24,000 nt of DNA from Pseudomonadota bacterium (lineage in GTDB: Bacteria > Desulfobacterota > SM23-61). The notes below the pieces were generated by a model. The model was not told where the DNA came from and did not search any database. It saw only the letters and a program-made list of their open reading frames with translations. Positions 23,656 to 24,000 of the stretch are shown piece after piece. The first letter of the stretch is position 1. The number at the start of each line of letters is the position of its first letter. Made by a program: the position numbers and the translations under genes. The stretch lies in NCBI GenBank assembly GCA_018819135.1, contig JAHJQK010000195.1, positions 1 to 24,000 on the forward strand. Direction: 5' to 3'.

Positions 23656-24000
23656 TTAGGATGAGGGGAGCATTGTTAGATTATATTCTTTCCCGTCAAT
23701 AATGAGGGAAAAGCGGCTTCTTTTTTCATCATGCTGGATGAAGGGTACCAGAAGTTGATAGGCGCCGCGGGAAAAGCGGGCTTCAAACATTCCGTTCCGA
23801 ACCAGGCAATAGGGGATATGATCTGCTCCGATGCGCAGGGTTTCAGGAATGAGTTGTTCTCGACTTTCATCGTTCAATATTAACCAAACCGACTCCAACC
23901 TACCTTGTTTGGAAGTGACGAATTCAAGGGTTTTGACCACGAAAGGAGCATCTTCCACCTCTACCGGGCATATTTCCCGGCCAATCCGCACAATGATCCG
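23656..24000 (-). CDS. Hypothetical protein, possibly 5'-incomplete at the window edge
   Basis: The frame stays open to position 24000. The tracked start at 23991 is a GTG. No motif recognised. It is convergent with the MFS gene. Confidence 0.45.
   Translation of the reverse strand, partial: RIIVRIGREICPVEVEDAPFVVKTLEFVTSKQGRLESVWLILNDESREQLIPETLRIGADHIPYCLVRNGMFEARFSRGAYQLLVPFIQHDEKRSRFSLIIDGKEYNLTMLPSS

Noticed and set aside
1-24000. Search for tRNA, rRNA, CRISPR arrays, transposases and integrases
   Set aside because: I found no cloverleaf-like sequence, no regularly spaced short repeats, and no DDE or tyrosine/serine recombinase-like ORF. The only repeated units are the two 142-bp elements and the two MlrC-C fragments.

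Overview
The window has two compositional parts. Positions ~270-11340 form a visibly AT-rich accessory island. Single 60-nt lines I counted by hand gave 30% GC at 2401-2460 and 72% GC at 19081-19140; I did not compute whole-range values. The island holds a PIN toxin module, a probably 5'-truncated NurA-like nuclease ORF, and then a tightly coupled four-gene operon at 2288-7777. That operon encodes an orphan protein, two divergent BrxD-like (DUF2791) P-loop ATPases and an Lhr/BrxHI-type DExH helicase. No BREX core gene (PglX, PglZ, PglW, PglY) and no methyltransferase is present in the window. This operon is my best candidate for an undescribed system, most likely anti-phage. It is followed by a run of small toxin-antitoxin-like pairs bracketed by two ~142-bp, ~93% identical, highly structured GC-rich direct repeats. 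Copy 1 of the repeat ends in the canonical integron attC core GTTAGGC. The island ends inside what looks like the 3' remnant of a TRAP permease gene (~11340-11685). From 11.7 kb rightward the sequence is GC-rich core genome. It contains an RRM RNA-binding protein and a CspA-family cold-shock protein, both on the minus strand with structured leaders, and an in-frame DppB-N::MlrC-C chimeric ORF. It also contains a tungsten-type aldehyde:ferredoxin oxidoreductase, an isochorismatase-family hydrolase and a five-gene Liv-type ABC transporter. These are followed by a second MlrC C-terminal fragment, an Fsr-like MFS transporter, and a partial ORF at the right edge. I saw no tRNA, rRNA, CRISPR array, transposase or integrase. 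All family assignments come from motif recognition by eye, not from searches.
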